Below are positions 1-12,339 of a stretch of 64,000 bases of DNA, piece after piece. Below the pieces are notes generated by a model that saw nothing but the letters and a program-made list of their open reading frames with translations, made no database searches and was not told where the DNA came from. The stretch is taken from positions 22,506,001 to 22,570,000 of the forward strand of contig NC_091992.1 of the NCBI RefSeq assembly GCF_044704955.1. The letters are read 5' to 3'. Each line of letters begins with the position of its first letter. Positions within the stretch are counted from its first letter, which is position 1. Origin of the DNA: Pristiophorus japonicus. Lineage: Eukaryota. A program made the position numbers and the translations under genes.

Positions 1-899
1 TGGAAGCAGAGTCAGAACAGCTGTGTTGCCTGCATAAGATCCAACGCACCAGTAAAATTTTGACTTACACAAGTAGTAGCAGTTCCAACTAGATTCTTTT
101 AATTGACTTTCTGATGAATATAATGTGGGCATGCAACTCCGCGGACCTCTTCTCACTGCAACAATGTGAAAACAGGTAGGGAAGCAGGGAACAGGAGATA
201 TAAGGAAAACAATCAGAACTTGTATGATTCCAAAAAGCATGCTTTGGCACATCAGATCAAAAAGGTTCTTTCCTAATAGGCAGGCAATCATGTTATTAAT
301 CTATTTTACCATTCATATGGATAGGACGGGTGAACAGTAGATTTCTGGTCATTCGGTGGGTTTCACATGTTCTTGATATCTAACTTACATATGAAGCAAT
401 TACCTGCTCTCAAATAAACAGCTTGGCTCTGTGAATAATCTCTGAGTAAATGACACGAGTCCGCAAGTTCTTATGAACTTAAGCTTTCAAAAGCATGAGA
501 TGATTTCTAGTGCAGCTGGCTTATGAATACGGATATGTAATTTCACTGGTGATATCTTGGTTTTGTATATTGTTCTTTTTTCCCCAGAGGGACAAAGGAA
601 CTGTCACAATTAATTTTGCTTTAAAATCGTATGAAACCATACAATAAAGAAATTGTATAGTTTGAAGCATTATGGTGGTCTACTCCCTACACAATGGTCT
701 TAGAAAAGTTTTTGCTGGAAACTATTAATGTAATAAATAAGACAGAAATTGCTTTAATTCACAAACACATTCATTATAGCCTAATTAACATATTTCAATC
801 AAAAGGAGAGCTGATCAAAATAGGGACATTAGAGTCCATCTGCAGGTGTAGCCTTGAATGAAAATCAATCTGAGGGATCATTTTACATCTCAAGATGAA

Positions 900-1335
900 A
901 GAAACTCACATTTCTATTGCAAGTTTCACAACATTAGGATGCTCCAAAGCACTTCACAACCAAACTTTGAAGTGCAGTCACTGTGGTAATGTAGGGAAAT
1001 GCGGCAGCCAATTAGTGCAGAGCAAGGCCCCACACATCAATGAGATTAATGAGCAGATAATCTGTTTTAGTGATGCTGGTTAAGGGATAAATGTTGATCA
1101 GGATTTCAAGAGAATTCTGATACTTTTTTTGAATGGTGCCATTGCATCTCTTATCAGCACCTGAGAGGGAAGATGGCCTCTGTTTAACAAATCCTCTGAA
1201 AGATGGAACCTCCAATAGTGCAACACTCCTTCAGTGCTACACTAAAGTAGTTACCTAGATATTATGCTCAAGCCTCTAGAGAGGGGCTTGAACCCACAAT
1301 CTTTGAGAGCGCTACCACTAAGCCAAGGTTAACAT
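900..1335 (-). mobile_element. tRNA-derived SINE (SacSINE1/DeuSINE-like), degraded
   Basis: Reverse complement matches the full copy at 25685-26150: tRNA-like head (cttgaacccacaatc...ctaccacta agcca), central domain, and tail ccaaagcacttcacaaccaa. Confidence 0.75.
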
Positions 1336-1427
1336 CTTAGGATGTCCATGCAAATTGGCAGTATAACTCAGGAGACTACCAAGATCACTAAATATGAAAC
1401 CCCTCCAAGAGGCTGTTGACACATTTT

Positions 1428-2198
1428 GAGGCCACAATTGAGCCTCGCCCCAAACGGGGCAGACCGACTGGATTTGAAAGTTTTTCTCCGGCCCAGGCTA
1501 TGGGGCGCAGAGACTGGAGAAATTCAGGACTCTGAATTTTTTTTTTGCGTCGGTGAGATATTCCGGTCGGGTACGCCCGGACCAGTCACTTGCGCCACAT
1601 TGATAATGTCAGCGCATCGCTGATGCATCACGACGTCTCTCCCCTTCAGTTAAAGGGGAGAACCGCTGCGATCTCTGCATACTTTCAAGTTAGGTCCACT
1701 GGGCCACCAGGGAGGGTTTCGGCTGGGGCAGTGGCCCGGCACCCAAGAGGGGGTACCAGGCTGCCTGTTGGCGGCCCAGCCGAACCCAGGGGCATAATTG
1801 ACTGATCAATCTGGCAGTCGGCCGACAAAAAAAATTAACATGGCGGTTGCAGCAGTGCGCCCTCCCCTTTAAGGGCGGACGGGCCGCCATGCTACGGAGT
1901 GTGTACCGACAGTAAAAGCTGTCGGGGGCACCGACCGGCTCCAGGGCTGCTCCCACGGGGCAATTGTGGAAAGGGGCAATTTCGCGAGTGGGTCTCCGCC
2001 AGTTGGAAAGAGGTTGGCGCGCATGCACACTATGGTGGCAAAACAGGCCGAGTGGCCCCAGACACCGCTCGAACCCTGAGGTAGGGCAATTGGCAAAATG
2101 ATGGCCCCTCCGCAGAGAGTCGATAGCCATTCTGCGCTGCCCCGCAGCTGCTGCTTTCAGGCGGCCGTAGGCCTCATCGGGGGGACAATTTCAGCCCC
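1428..2198. mobile_element. GC/CpG-rich non-autonomous DNA transposon (Harbinger-type MITE)
   Basis: Imperfect terminal inverted repeats gaggccacaattg ... caatttcagcccc; sharp GC-rich block in AT-rich flanks; 3-bp flanks ttt/att (one mismatch). Confidence 0.55.
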
Positions 2199-2487
2199 AT
2201 TGTATTTGCAAGGAATGCAGTATAAATCCAGGCTTCCTGATATCTCTTTAATTCTCTATCTTTCTTTCTATCATATGTATGCATTTGTTCCAATTCTGCC
2301 CACTACTCAATCTATCTCTGACCTCCTGCATTCTTCCTCATAGTTTGCCATGCCCCATAGCTTGGTATCATCAGCAAAATTTGATAGTTCCTCGATGCTC
2401 AAATCTTCGATGCAGACAAAGAACAAGTGAAGTTCCAACACAGATCCCTGGAGCACACCACTAGTTACTCCTGCCAACCAAACATCC

Positions 2488-3330
2488 AGGGGGGAATTTT
2501 AACCTAAAGAAAAGTGAATTTGGACCGTGGGGTAGTTAAATTGGATTCCCAACCTGAACCCGCCCACTTCTGGTTTTAACAGAGGCATGACGGGAAGTGG
2601 GACGGGGGGGGCCAGCCAACCCACACCCTGGAGGCGGAATTTTCATTTCAATATTTATGAGGCTGGAAGCCTCTTTTTTCATGGAGTGATTATTTGCAAA
2701 GCATTTTTGACTGTCTCTGCGCATGCTATCTGTTTGGTACCACACATGCACACTCAATCCGGTCACGCATGTGCAGCACCAACGCCCTTGGGCCTGCTAT
2801 CCTCTGCTCCATTTGGAGAATGTCAGGGGATCAGGCTGATGGCCGGGGGTAGGGGCGGTGAGGAGGAGAAGGGATCGAAGGGGGGGGGGAGAAAGAGAGA
2901 GAGAGAGAGTCAGGATCGAAGGGGGGCAGAGAGAGGAGATCAGAGGGGGAGGGAGAATCGGAGGGGGAGAGAGAGAAGATCGGAGGGGGAGAGAGAGCGA
3001 TCTGAGGGGGAGAGAGAAATCAGAGAAGGAGCTCAGAGAGGGAGGAGCTCAGAGAGAGGGGAGAAGGTCAGGAACTCTGAGAAAGAAGGTCAGGAACTTT
3101 TTTGGGGGGTGGGGTAGTACAGTGAGAACAGTGGAGGAGGGAAGAATGTGATCCAGGTTTAAAGAAGCCGGGCGGTGGGGGTGGAGGGCTGAGAGCAAGA
3201 ACATGATCGAGATGGGAAGATGGATAAAGTTCTCCCGCCCTTTGTTAGGCCTGGATCATGGTAGTCCACACCCACCGCCTTTAAACCTGCACCACGTTCA
3301 CCCTCTCCCCCTCCGCCCGCGCCCCAGGCT
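2488..3330. mobile_element. Non-autonomous DNA-transposon fragment with internal GA-rich simple repeat (about 2850-3150)
   Basis: The 5' end (gggggaattttaacc...ccagccaacc...aatatttatgaggc) is similar to the element starting at 17410; internal purine-rich low-complexity tract. Confidence 0.5.
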
Positions 3331-3399
3331 GCAGCAGTTCAAGAAGGAACCTCACAACCACGCTCTTAAAAGAAACTAGGAAAGGAAGAAAATAAATAA

Positions 3400-3991
3400 A
3401 ATCATAGAATCATTACAACAAAGGAGGCCATTCGGCCCGTCGAGCCCGTGCCAGCTCTCTACAAGAGTACTTCAGCTAGTACACTGCCCCGCCCTTTTCT
3501 CGTAGCCCTGCAATTTTTTGTCCTTCAGGGACTTATCCAATTCCCTTCTGAAAGCCATGATTGAATCTGCCTCCACCACCCTTTCAGGCAGTGCATTCCA
3601 GATCATAACCACTCCCCGCGTAAAAAGATTTTTCCTCATGTTGCCTTTGGTTCTTCTGCCAATCACCTTAAATCTATGTCCTCTGGTTCTCGACCCTTCT
3701 ACCAATGGGAACAGTTTCTATCTACTGTCTTAACCACTCATAATTTTGAACACCTCTATTAAATCTCCTCTCAATCTTCTCTAAGGAGAACAACCCCAGC
3801 TTCTCCAGTCTATCCACGTAAGTGTAATTCCTCATTCCTGGAATCATTCTTGTAAATCTTTTCTGCACCCTCTCTAAAGCCTTCACATCTTTCTTAAATT
3901 GCGGTGCCCAGAATTGGACACAATACTCCAGTTGAGGCCGAACCAGTGTTTTATAAAAGTTCATCATAACTTCCTTGCTTTTGTACTCTAT
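3400..3991 (-). mobile_element. CR1 LINE 3' end
   Basis: Minus-strand ORF fragments RPQLEYCVQFWAP...LERVQKRFTRMIPG and RTRGHRFK...FTRGVVMIWNALPE are the CR1 ORF2 C-terminus; atcatagaatc tail; cut by the MITE at 3992. Confidence 0.9.
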
Positions 3992-4645
3992 GGGCTAGAC
4001 TTTACCTAAAGCCCCCCACTGCCCGATTGCCGCCCAGAAAGACCGCTAAGATTCTTCAAATAACGCTGGTGAAAAATTCCATAAAAAAAGGGAAAAAATG
4101 CTGCCCAGTAAGAAAATGAATCTTACACGAAGATTCTCGGCGGTTTAAGGCGAAACTAGGTAAAATGGGCGGTTCTTACCGGAATGGACGGTAAGTACTC
4201 AAAATTTAGACCAAGGCTGCGGTTGGGTCGAGGGAGGGGGGAAAACTCAAAAAATATTTTTTCAATTAAACAAAAAGTAAAAAGTTAGAAAACATTCTCC
4301 AGACCCTTTTTAACGTAATCGTCGTTAGAGAATTTTTAAAATAATTATAAAAAACCTTGAACTCACCTTTCTTTGCAGGGTACTCATCTACCACTCTGTT
4401 TGCGGCAGCTTTTCGTTTCCTCGGCGGTATGTACGGGTCCCCATTGAGGCAAAACTTGGATCCTGGCGGTTTTCTCGGCGGTGCACACAGATGTATATGG
4501 GCGATTTGCTCCCCTGCGGTATTTTCAAAATGTCGGCGGAACTCTTTTTTTTAAAAAAAAGAGGAAACTTTCGCCGGGCGGTTTTTCACTGAAAAAGAGC
4601 TGTACCACCGAGAAAACCACCAAAAATGAAGGGAAAGTCTAGTCC
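3992..4645. mobile_element. PIF/Harbinger-type MITE
   Basis: TIRs GGGCTAGACTTT / AAAGTCTAGTCC; 3-bp TSD TAT (3989-3991 and 4646-4648); inserted in a CR1. Confidence 0.85.
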
Positions 4646-5431
4646 TATGTCTCTAATAAACTTTAAGAAATTAGAGCGTATACAGTGTTGGTCCTACAAC
4701 ATGCGTAACATTACACTTGTGTGTTATTTGCCGTACTCGACTATTCCAATGTTTTCCTGGCCAGCCTCTCACCTTCCATGCTCAATGAACTTGAGCTCAT
4801 CCAAAGCTCTGCTGTACATATCCTAACACACAGCAACTCCCATTCACCCATCACCACTGTGCTCGTCAAGCTGTGCAGCTGTCTGGAGGTCCCGAGCAGC
4901 ACGTTAAAGGGACCGCGCACCCAAAAATAAATAGGGGGAACATTGAAATAAAAACAGAAAGTGTTGGAAATGGGTCATCGACCTGCAATGTCAACTCTCT
5001 TCCTCCACAGCTGCTGCCTGTCCTGCTGAGTATTTCCAGCACTTTGTTTTTATTTCAGATTTTCAGTATCTGTAATAGTTTGCACTTTTATTAGGGGAAA
5101 CATTGTCCACCAATACCTTGATTTTAAAATTCTTATCATCATGTGTGTTTAAATGACTATAGTCAGAAATATCAGAACCTTTTTTTTTTACAAACTTACT
5201 TAGTGATTATTCACTTCCTTTAAGAGATTAAACAAGGTGGAGAGAGTCAAAGTAGTAGCTTGACTCATGGGCCAAAGTATCTATGCTTTAATTGAGGCAA
5301 TCTAAGTGTGCAATTATACTATTACTCTTCTGCAAAAGCTGGAGATGGTTCAAGAAAGTATTAAGTTATTAGTGATAATTCCAGAGAAGGAAACAGAAAT
5401 AACAAAAACAGAGAAATTACTAGATGCTTTT

Positions 5432-5633
5432 TGTTATGTCTTGAATAAAGAGTCAGACTAGATACTGCAAGCTCAAAGTAAGGTGTGACCGTAGTCCTTT
5501 ATTACAGATCTCAGAGTGCCTCTCCAGCCTGTGAGGTCTCCTTATATACAGGTGCTCCCAGGGGATTGTGGGATCCCTTGGGACTCCAGGGGATAAGCCC
5601 TCTGGTGGTATTTACAGGTTTACATACATAACA
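5432..5633 (-). repeat. 3' LTR of Gypsy element
   Basis: Direct repeat of 9717-9908; TG...CA ends; adjacent poly-purine tract on the minus strand. Confidence 0.95.
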
Positions 5634-5713
5634 ACACCCCCCCCCCCCCCCCAAGTCAATAGTGTAACTATTTACAATTTGAGTCGATCTGGGGCCTTCC
5701 TTTCCCTGGTTGA

Positions 5714-6592
5714 TCATCTCGGTGCAAATGTTGGTGTTGGTGAGTCATTTGTTGGGCCTTCGCTGGGCTGCTGCGCAGTTGGCCTTGCTGGGCTGCTGTG
5801 AGTGGTGAGTCTTGCTGGGTTGCTGCGGGTGATGGGTTCTGCTTCGTGGTCAACCGCTGGGTTGGTTGCCACTTGTGTGTGTGTTGGAGGGTCGAAAAAG
5901 GTAAAGTCTATTGTGGGTTGTTCTGGATAGTCAGTAAATCTGAGTTTGGTTTGGTCCAAGTGTTTCCTGCAGGTGAGTCCATTCGCGAGTTTGACCACAA
6001 ACACCCCACTCCCCTCTTTGGCCAACACAGTTCCAGCAAGCCACTTGGGACCTTGGCCATAGTTCAACACAAATACAGGGTCATTTATTTCAATTTCACG
6101 TGACACATTTGCGCGATCATGATATGTATTCTGTTGAAGCCGCCTGCTCTCTACCTGTTCGTGTAGCTCAGGGTGGACTAACGAGAGCCTTGTCTTAAGT
6201 GCCCTTTTCATGAGCAGTTCAGCGGGAGGAACCCCAGTGAGCGAGTGGGGTCTTGTGCAGTAACTAAGCAGGACTCGGGATAAGCGAGTCTGCAGTGAGC
6301 CTTCAGTTACCCTTTTCAAGCTCTGCTTGATTGTTTGAACTGCTCGTTCTGCCTGACGGTTGGATGCTGGTTTAAACGGGGCAGACGTGACATGTTTGAC
6401 CCCATTGCGGGTCATGAACGCCTTGAATTCGGCACTGGTAAAGCACGGCCCATTGTCACTTACAAGGACATCAGGCAGGCCGTGAGTGGCAAACATGGCC
6501 CGTAGGCTTTCAATGGTGGCAGCGGATGTGCTTGCCGACATTATCACACATTCAATCCATTTGGAGTACGCATCTACAATCACTAAGAACAT
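5714..6592 (-). pseudogene. Gypsy integrase core (rve) fragment
   Basis: VIVDAYSKW...VSDNGPCFTS...SNRQAERAVQTIK (D,D35E region). The zinc-finger part (HSTHPGIVMMK...CHKCNTC) is in a separate frame at 6649-6852. Confidence 0.92.
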
Positions 6593-7469
6593 TTTTCCAA
6601 GAATGGGCCTGCATAGTCAATATGAACCCTAGACCACGGTTTGGAGGGTCAGGACCATAAACTTAGTGGCGCCTCCCTGGATGCATTGCTTAACTGGGAA
6701 CATGTATTACATTTGTGCATGCAGGACTCCAAGTCTGCATCGATACCGGACCACCACACGTGGAATCTGGCTATCGCTTTCATCATTACGATGCCTGGGT
6801 GGGTGCTGTGGAGATCACTAATGAAGGTGTCCCTGCCCATTTTTGGCCCCACTACCCGATTACCCCATAGGAGGCAGTCTGCCTATATAGACATTTCATC
6901 TTTGCACCGCTGGTACGGCTTTATTTCTTCCTGCATCTCTAACAGGACACTAGACCAACTCCCGTGGAGCACACAGTTTTTTATTAAGGGGTCCTGGCTC
7001 GTCCAGGTTCTAATCTGTCGGGTGGTAACAGCTGATTGCTCATTCTCGAATGCTTCCATTACCATAACTAAATCTCCGCCCCTGTGATGGGCAATGGCAG
7101 CCTACTGAGAGCATCGGCACAGTTTTCTGCGCTTGGCCTGTGGTGGATGGCATAGTTGTATGCGGACATGAGCGCCCATCTCTGGATGCGGGTCGATGCA
7201 TTCGTATTTATCCCCTTACTTTAATAGAGGGATATAAGCGACTTATGGTCGGTTTCCAATTCAAATTTGAGCCCGAGCAGATATTGATGCAGTTTCTTTA
7301 CCCCGTAAACACACGCTAATGCTTCTTTTTCGATCATACAGTAGGTCCTCTCAGCCTTAGACAGACTTCTGGATGCATAAGCAACTAGTTGCAATTTCCC
7401 AAATTCATTAGCTTACTGCAATACACACCCGACCCTGTACGAGGCGCATCACATGCTAGTACCAAACAC

Positions 7470-8762
7470 TTACATAGATCGTATAACACAAGCAATTTGT
7501 TTGAACAGTTTCCTAGCTTTCTCAAAAGCATTTTCTTGGCTTTTACCCCATACCCATTCATCTCCCTTACGCAGTAAAGACTGCAGGGGTTCTAACAATG
7601 TGCTAAAACCCAGTAAGAAGTTAACAAAATAGTTCAGGAGTCCTAGAAACGACCACAGCTCCGTCACGTTCTGTGGTCTCGGTGCGTTCTTGATTGCCTC
7701 CATTTTCGAATCGGTGGGCCTGATACCATCCGCCACGATTTTTCTCCCCAGGAAGTCCACTTCGGGCGCTAGGAAAATGCACTTTGAGTGTTTTAGCCTG
7801 AGCCCCACACATTTAAGCCGACTAAGAACCTTCTCCAGGTTCTGCAGATACTCGACGGTGTCCCGACCTGTAACCAAGATGTCGTCCTGGAAGATCACGG
7901 TGTGTGGGACTGACTTCAGCAAGCTTTCCATGTTCCTCTGGAATATCGCCGTGGCCGATCGAATCCCAAATGGACATCTGTTGTAATTGAAGAGACCTTT
8001 GTGCGTGTTGATGCAAGCGAGGCCTTTCGATGATTCTTCCAGCTCCTGCATCATGTAGGCCGAGGTCAAGTCCAGCTTCATGAATATTTTTCCTGCCGCC
8101 AGCGTCGCAAATAGGTCATCTGCCTTTGTTAGCAGGTATTGATCCTGCAGTGAGAAACGATTGATAGTTACTTTGTAATCACCACAGATTCTGACTGTGC
8201 TGTCTTCCTTGAGGACTGGAACAATCGGACTGGCCCACTCATTGAATTCGATCGGCGAAATGACGCCGTCTCGTTGCAGCCTGTCCAGCTCGATCTCCAC
8301 CCTCTCTCTCATCATATACGGTACCGCTCTCGCCTTGTGATGGATGGGTCGCACCCCCGAAATCAAATGGATCTGCACTTTTGCTTCTTGGAACTTCCCG
8401 ATGCCTGGTTCGAACAGCAAGGGGAACTTGCTTGGGACCTGGGCACATGAGGGGTCGTCGACGGATGAAAGCAGTCGGACGTCGTCCCAGTTCCAGCTTA
8501 TCTTTCCCAGCCAGCTCCTGCTGAACAGCATGGGGCCATCGCCCGGTACCACCCAGAGTGGTAAATCGTGCACCGCTCCATCGTAAGAGACCTTTACGGT
8601 AGCACTGGCAATTACGGGAATCAGTTCCTTTGTATACGTTCTCAGTTTAGTGCGAATGGGAGTCAGGACTGGCCTTGAAGCCTTGCTGCACCACAATTTA
8701 TCAAAAGTCTTTTTGCTCATTATGGACTGGCTTGGGAGTCCATTTAATTCAACCTTCAGCAT
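7470..8762 (-). pseudogene. Gypsy protease remnant + reverse transcriptase
   Basis: WASPIVPVLK, RICGDYKVTIN, YNRCPFG, IFQDDILV (YxDD equivalent), FLGLLNYF; frameshifted before RNase H. Confidence 0.93.
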
Positions 8763-9698
8763 TATTGGGGGATACTTTGTGGTAAATGTGTATACCCCAT
8801 ATACTTATTGCCTCCTTGGTCTGAGGCTCTGGTTTGTCGTGATCCACCGTGGATCTGTTCTCTTCTGCAACATGGTGGTTTGCAGTATTAGCAGGGTTTG
8901 CAGCTCGCCTGCACACGCGTTGGAGGTGTCCCATTGTTCCACAGCCCTTGCAAACGTATCCTTTGAAGTGGTATGAATGGAAAGGATGATCATCCCTGCA
9001 GCGCCAACAAAGTGTTAATGGCCTTGTATTCACCACTCTTGATGGTGGACTCTGAGTCATCTGCGGGCATGCAGCTGCAGGCGTGCAAGTCCTGCCATGT
9101 ACATTTCGATTCGAAAACGTTACTTTGTTCACACATCTTGCAGCAGCACGAGTGTGCTGAGAAATTTGTTTGGTATTGTCACTGGTGGCGATAGATGCCT
9201 GGACTATCGCTATGGCTTTACTCAAGGTTGGGGTCTCTACAGTCAAAAGTTTGTGAAATATTACTTCATGGCCAATGCCAAGTACAAAGAAGTCCCTGAG
9301 CATGTGCTCCAAGTGTCCTTCAAATTCGCAATGTCCTGCAAGGCGCCTTAGCTCAGTGACGTAGCTCGCCACTTCCTGGCCTTCAACCTCTTGTATGTGT
9401 AGAATCAATACCTTGCCATCAGAATGCTTTCCTTCAGGTTTAGATGCTCCCGGACCAGTGTGCACAACTCATCATACGACTTCGCTGGAGCTAGTAGGTT
9501 TTTCATGAGGCCATATGTTGGTGCCCCACAAACAGTGAGGAGGATCACTCTTTGTTTGGCAGCATTCGCTACTCCTTCCAGCTCGTTGGCCACGAAGTAT
9601 TGGTCGAGTCGCTCCACGAAGATTTCCCAATCATCTCCCTCCGAAAATTTCTCCAGGATGCCCACGGTTCTCTGCATTGTTGCGGTGGGGTTCGTCAT
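8749..9698 (-). pseudogene. Gypsy gag (frameshifted) with zinc knuckles
   Basis: W..FVERLDQYFVAN, LLTVCGAPTYGLMKNLLAP, YVTELRRLAGHCEF, CWRC...H and CKGCGTMGHLQRVC. Confidence 0.88.
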
Positions 9699-9704
9699 CT
9701 GTAT

Positions 9705-9714
9705 CTCGTCGCCA
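9705..9714 (-). other. Primer-binding site TGGCGACGAG (complementary to the 3' end of tRNA-Ser(GCU))
   Basis: Lies 2 nt inside the 5' LTR. Vertebrate tRNA-Ser(GCU) ends ...CUCGUCGCCA (recalled, not searched). Confidence 0.75.
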
Positions 9715-9716
9715 GT

Positions 9717-9908
9717 TGTTATGTCTTGAATAAAGAGTCAGAGTGGATACTGCAAGCTCAAAGTAAGGTGTGACCGTAGTCCTTTATTACAGAGTGCCTC
9801 TCCAGCCTGTGAGGCCGCCTTATATACAGGTGCTCCGAAGGGATTGTGGGATTCCTTGGGACTCCAGGGGATAAGCCTTCTGGTATTTACAGATTTACAT
9901 ACAAAACA
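9717..9908 (-). repeat. 5' LTR of Gypsy element
   Basis: Direct repeat of 5432-5633 with a few substitutions and short deletions; followed by TSD CTTTT. Confidence 0.95.
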
Positions 9909-10304
9909 CTTTTATTCGCCATACTCATTGTGGCAGTATAGGGGTGATTGCAACACACCCAGTCTGGATGAATATTTATCGTCCCATTCCAATTTCTTTC
10001 CCGCTGACCACCAATTAACCATACACTTTAAAAAATAATCAATCAAGCCTGCCCGGGGTCCTCATGAAAGCATGCAGCTGAAGTACCATGATGTCATTTA
10101 GGACCCCACGCAATAACAAAAGTCCCATCCAGCGCCCAATCCTCTCGTAAAAGCTAATGGGATTCTCCCCAAGAAGCACTATTTAAAGGGTCACTCAACT
10201 TCAAGTAATTGGATCCTAGGGATCTGTGCGCCATTGTGGCTGTATTGCCAGGTACTTTTCCAGCTTCCAGATTGCTTTGTTCTGAGATTATTTGCTCACA
10301 CATT

Positions 10305-11362
10305 TTCAGGTTGGCAGGCTGTAACTAGTGGGGTGCCGCAAGGATCAGTGCTTGGGCCTCAGCTATTCACAATTCGTATTAATGACTTAGATGAGGAGAG
10401 CGAGTGTAATGTATCCAAGCTGGCTGACAATACAAAGCTAGGTGGGAAAGTAAGCTGTGAGAAGGACACAAAGAGCATGCGCAAAGGGATATAGACAGGT
10501 TAAGTGAGTGGGAAATACAGTAACAGATGGGAGTATAACGTGGGGAAATGTGAGGTTATTTACTTTGGTAGGAAGAATCGAAAAACAGGGTATTTTTTTA
10601 ATGGTGAGAAACTATTAAATGTTGGCATTCAGAAAGATTTAGGTGTCCTTGTACAGGAAACACAGAGCTAGTATGCAGATACAGCATGCAGTTAGGAAGG
10701 CAAGTGGCATGTTGGCCTTTATTGCAAGGGGGTTGGAATACAAGAGTAAGGAAGTCTTGTGACAATTGTACAGGGCTTTGGTGAGACCACATTTGGTGAG
10801 ATTTTTTTTAAAGTTCTGGAGTACTTTGCACAGTTTTGGTCTCCTTATCTGAGGAAGGATATACTTGCCTTAAAGGTGGTGCAACAAAGGTTCACTAGAT
10901 TTGTTACTAGGATGAGAAGGTTGTCCTATGAGACAAGATTGCATTGATTGGGCCTATACTCTCTGGAGTTTAGATGAATGAGAGGTGATCTCATTGAAAC
11001 ATCTGAGATTCTGAGGAGGATTGGCAGGGTAGGTGCTAAGAGGTTGTTTCCCCTGGCTGGAGAGTCTAGAACTAGAGGGCATAGTTTCAGTATAAAGGAT
11101 TGGCCATTTAAGACTGAGATGAGGAGAAATTTCTTCACTCAGAGGGTTGTGAATTTTCTGCCCCAAAGGGCCGTGGATGCTGAATTGTTGAATGCGTTCA
11201 AGGCTGAGACAGATAGATCTTTGGACTCTCGGGCAATCAAGGGATATGGGGATCGAGCAGGAAGATGTTGAGGTCAAAAATCGACCATGATCTTATTGAA
11301 TGGTGGAGCAGGCTCGAGGGGCCGTATGGCATACTCCTGCTCCTAATTCTTATGTTCTTAAC
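10305..11362 (+). mobile_element. 5'-truncated CR1 LINE
   Basis: [44 protein letters not shown]; 3' UTR ending ttcttatgttctta. Confidence 0.92.
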
Positions 11363-11428
11363 CAGTAAATCACTTTCCTCACTGAGGTCAATAATCGACA
11401 GGAGAGAGCCAAGGGATTTGCAGCAGTG

Positions 11429-11561
11429 TATATAAAAGCAAAATACTGCGGATGCTGGAATCTGAAATAAAAACACAGAATGCTGGAAATCTCAGCGGGT
11501 CAGGCAGCATCTGTGGAGAGAAAAACAAAGTTAATGAATTGGGTCGACGACCCTTCATCAA
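11429..11561 (-). mobile_element. Short Penelope-like terminal repeat insert with 13-bp TSD
   Basis: Same family as 40889-41074; flanked by the direct repeat atttgcagcagtg (11416-11428 and 11562-11574). Confidence 0.75.
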
Positions 11562-12136
11562 ATTTGCAGCAGTGGCTGGCTTCCTTCGCATCCAGGGCAT
11601 GATACACTGCACACATGTTAATCTCAGGGCATTAGACCAGCCTTTGTAAATAAGAAGGGTTATCACTCAATTAATGTGAAGCTCGTCTCTGATCACAAAA
11701 ACAGGATAATGCAAGTTTGTGTAATGTTTCCAGGCGGCTATCACAATGCTTTCACCCTGTGACACTCAACTTTCTCCACCCCCCGCCCCCCAATATTTGA
11801 CCCTTCAAGGAACATGACAGGATGGCTGCTGGGGAAAAAGGAATACCTTCCACGTGCATGGCTCATGACACCGCTCTACAACCCCACAAATATAATTAGA
11901 GCCATGGAAACACCAGGGTTATAATTAAGCACATTATAGAGCTCCTCAGATAAAGGTATCTCAACAGGTCTGGGAGTTTCCTACAATATGTTGCACAATA
12001 TAGTGGTGAGCCACATCCTGCACAGCCTTGCCATCCAGAGAAGGATGCATTTTGAGGAGACATAGCAACAGCAGCCTTCACAGATGAGGAATGCCAGGGT
12101 GAAGGTGAGGAAGGAACAGAACAGGAGGGCCACCTC

Positions 12137-12339
12137 TGTTATGTACTCAATAAAGATTCAAACTGAGTACTGTTTAACTAAGCAAGGTACGACCTTGCCT
12201 GTGCTTTATTTAGTTCCAAAGTGACTGACTCACAAAATGGCTGGTCTTTTATACCCGAGCAGCACCATGTGCGTGCTGCTCAGTGGCCTCCAACAATGAC
12301 ACCATCTGGTGGCTCCAAACAGCATGTACATACATGGCA
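12137..12339. mobile_element. Solo LTR (Gypsy-type, 203 bp)
   Basis: TGTTATGTA...TACATGGCA termini; 5-bp TSD ACCTC on both sides; same size and start motif (tgttatgt...aataaaga) as the LTRs at 5432 and 9717. Confidence 0.85.

Larger units (their letters stand above)
5432..9908 (-). mobile_element. Full-length decayed Ty3/Gypsy (Mag-like) LTR retrotransposon
   Basis: Two ~200-bp LTRs (5432-5633 and 9717-9908); the left LTR is bounded by TGTTATG...CATAACA. 5-bp TSD CTTTT, PBS at 9705-9714, poly-G PPT (5637-5652 on the minus strand), and gag-PR-RT-RH-IN order. Confidence 0.95.

Noticed and set aside
11562-12030. HARBI1 host gene
   Set aside because: Stops, frameshifts, a mutated catalytic Asp (IHCTH) and nested insertions; a transposon fossil, not the domesticated gene.
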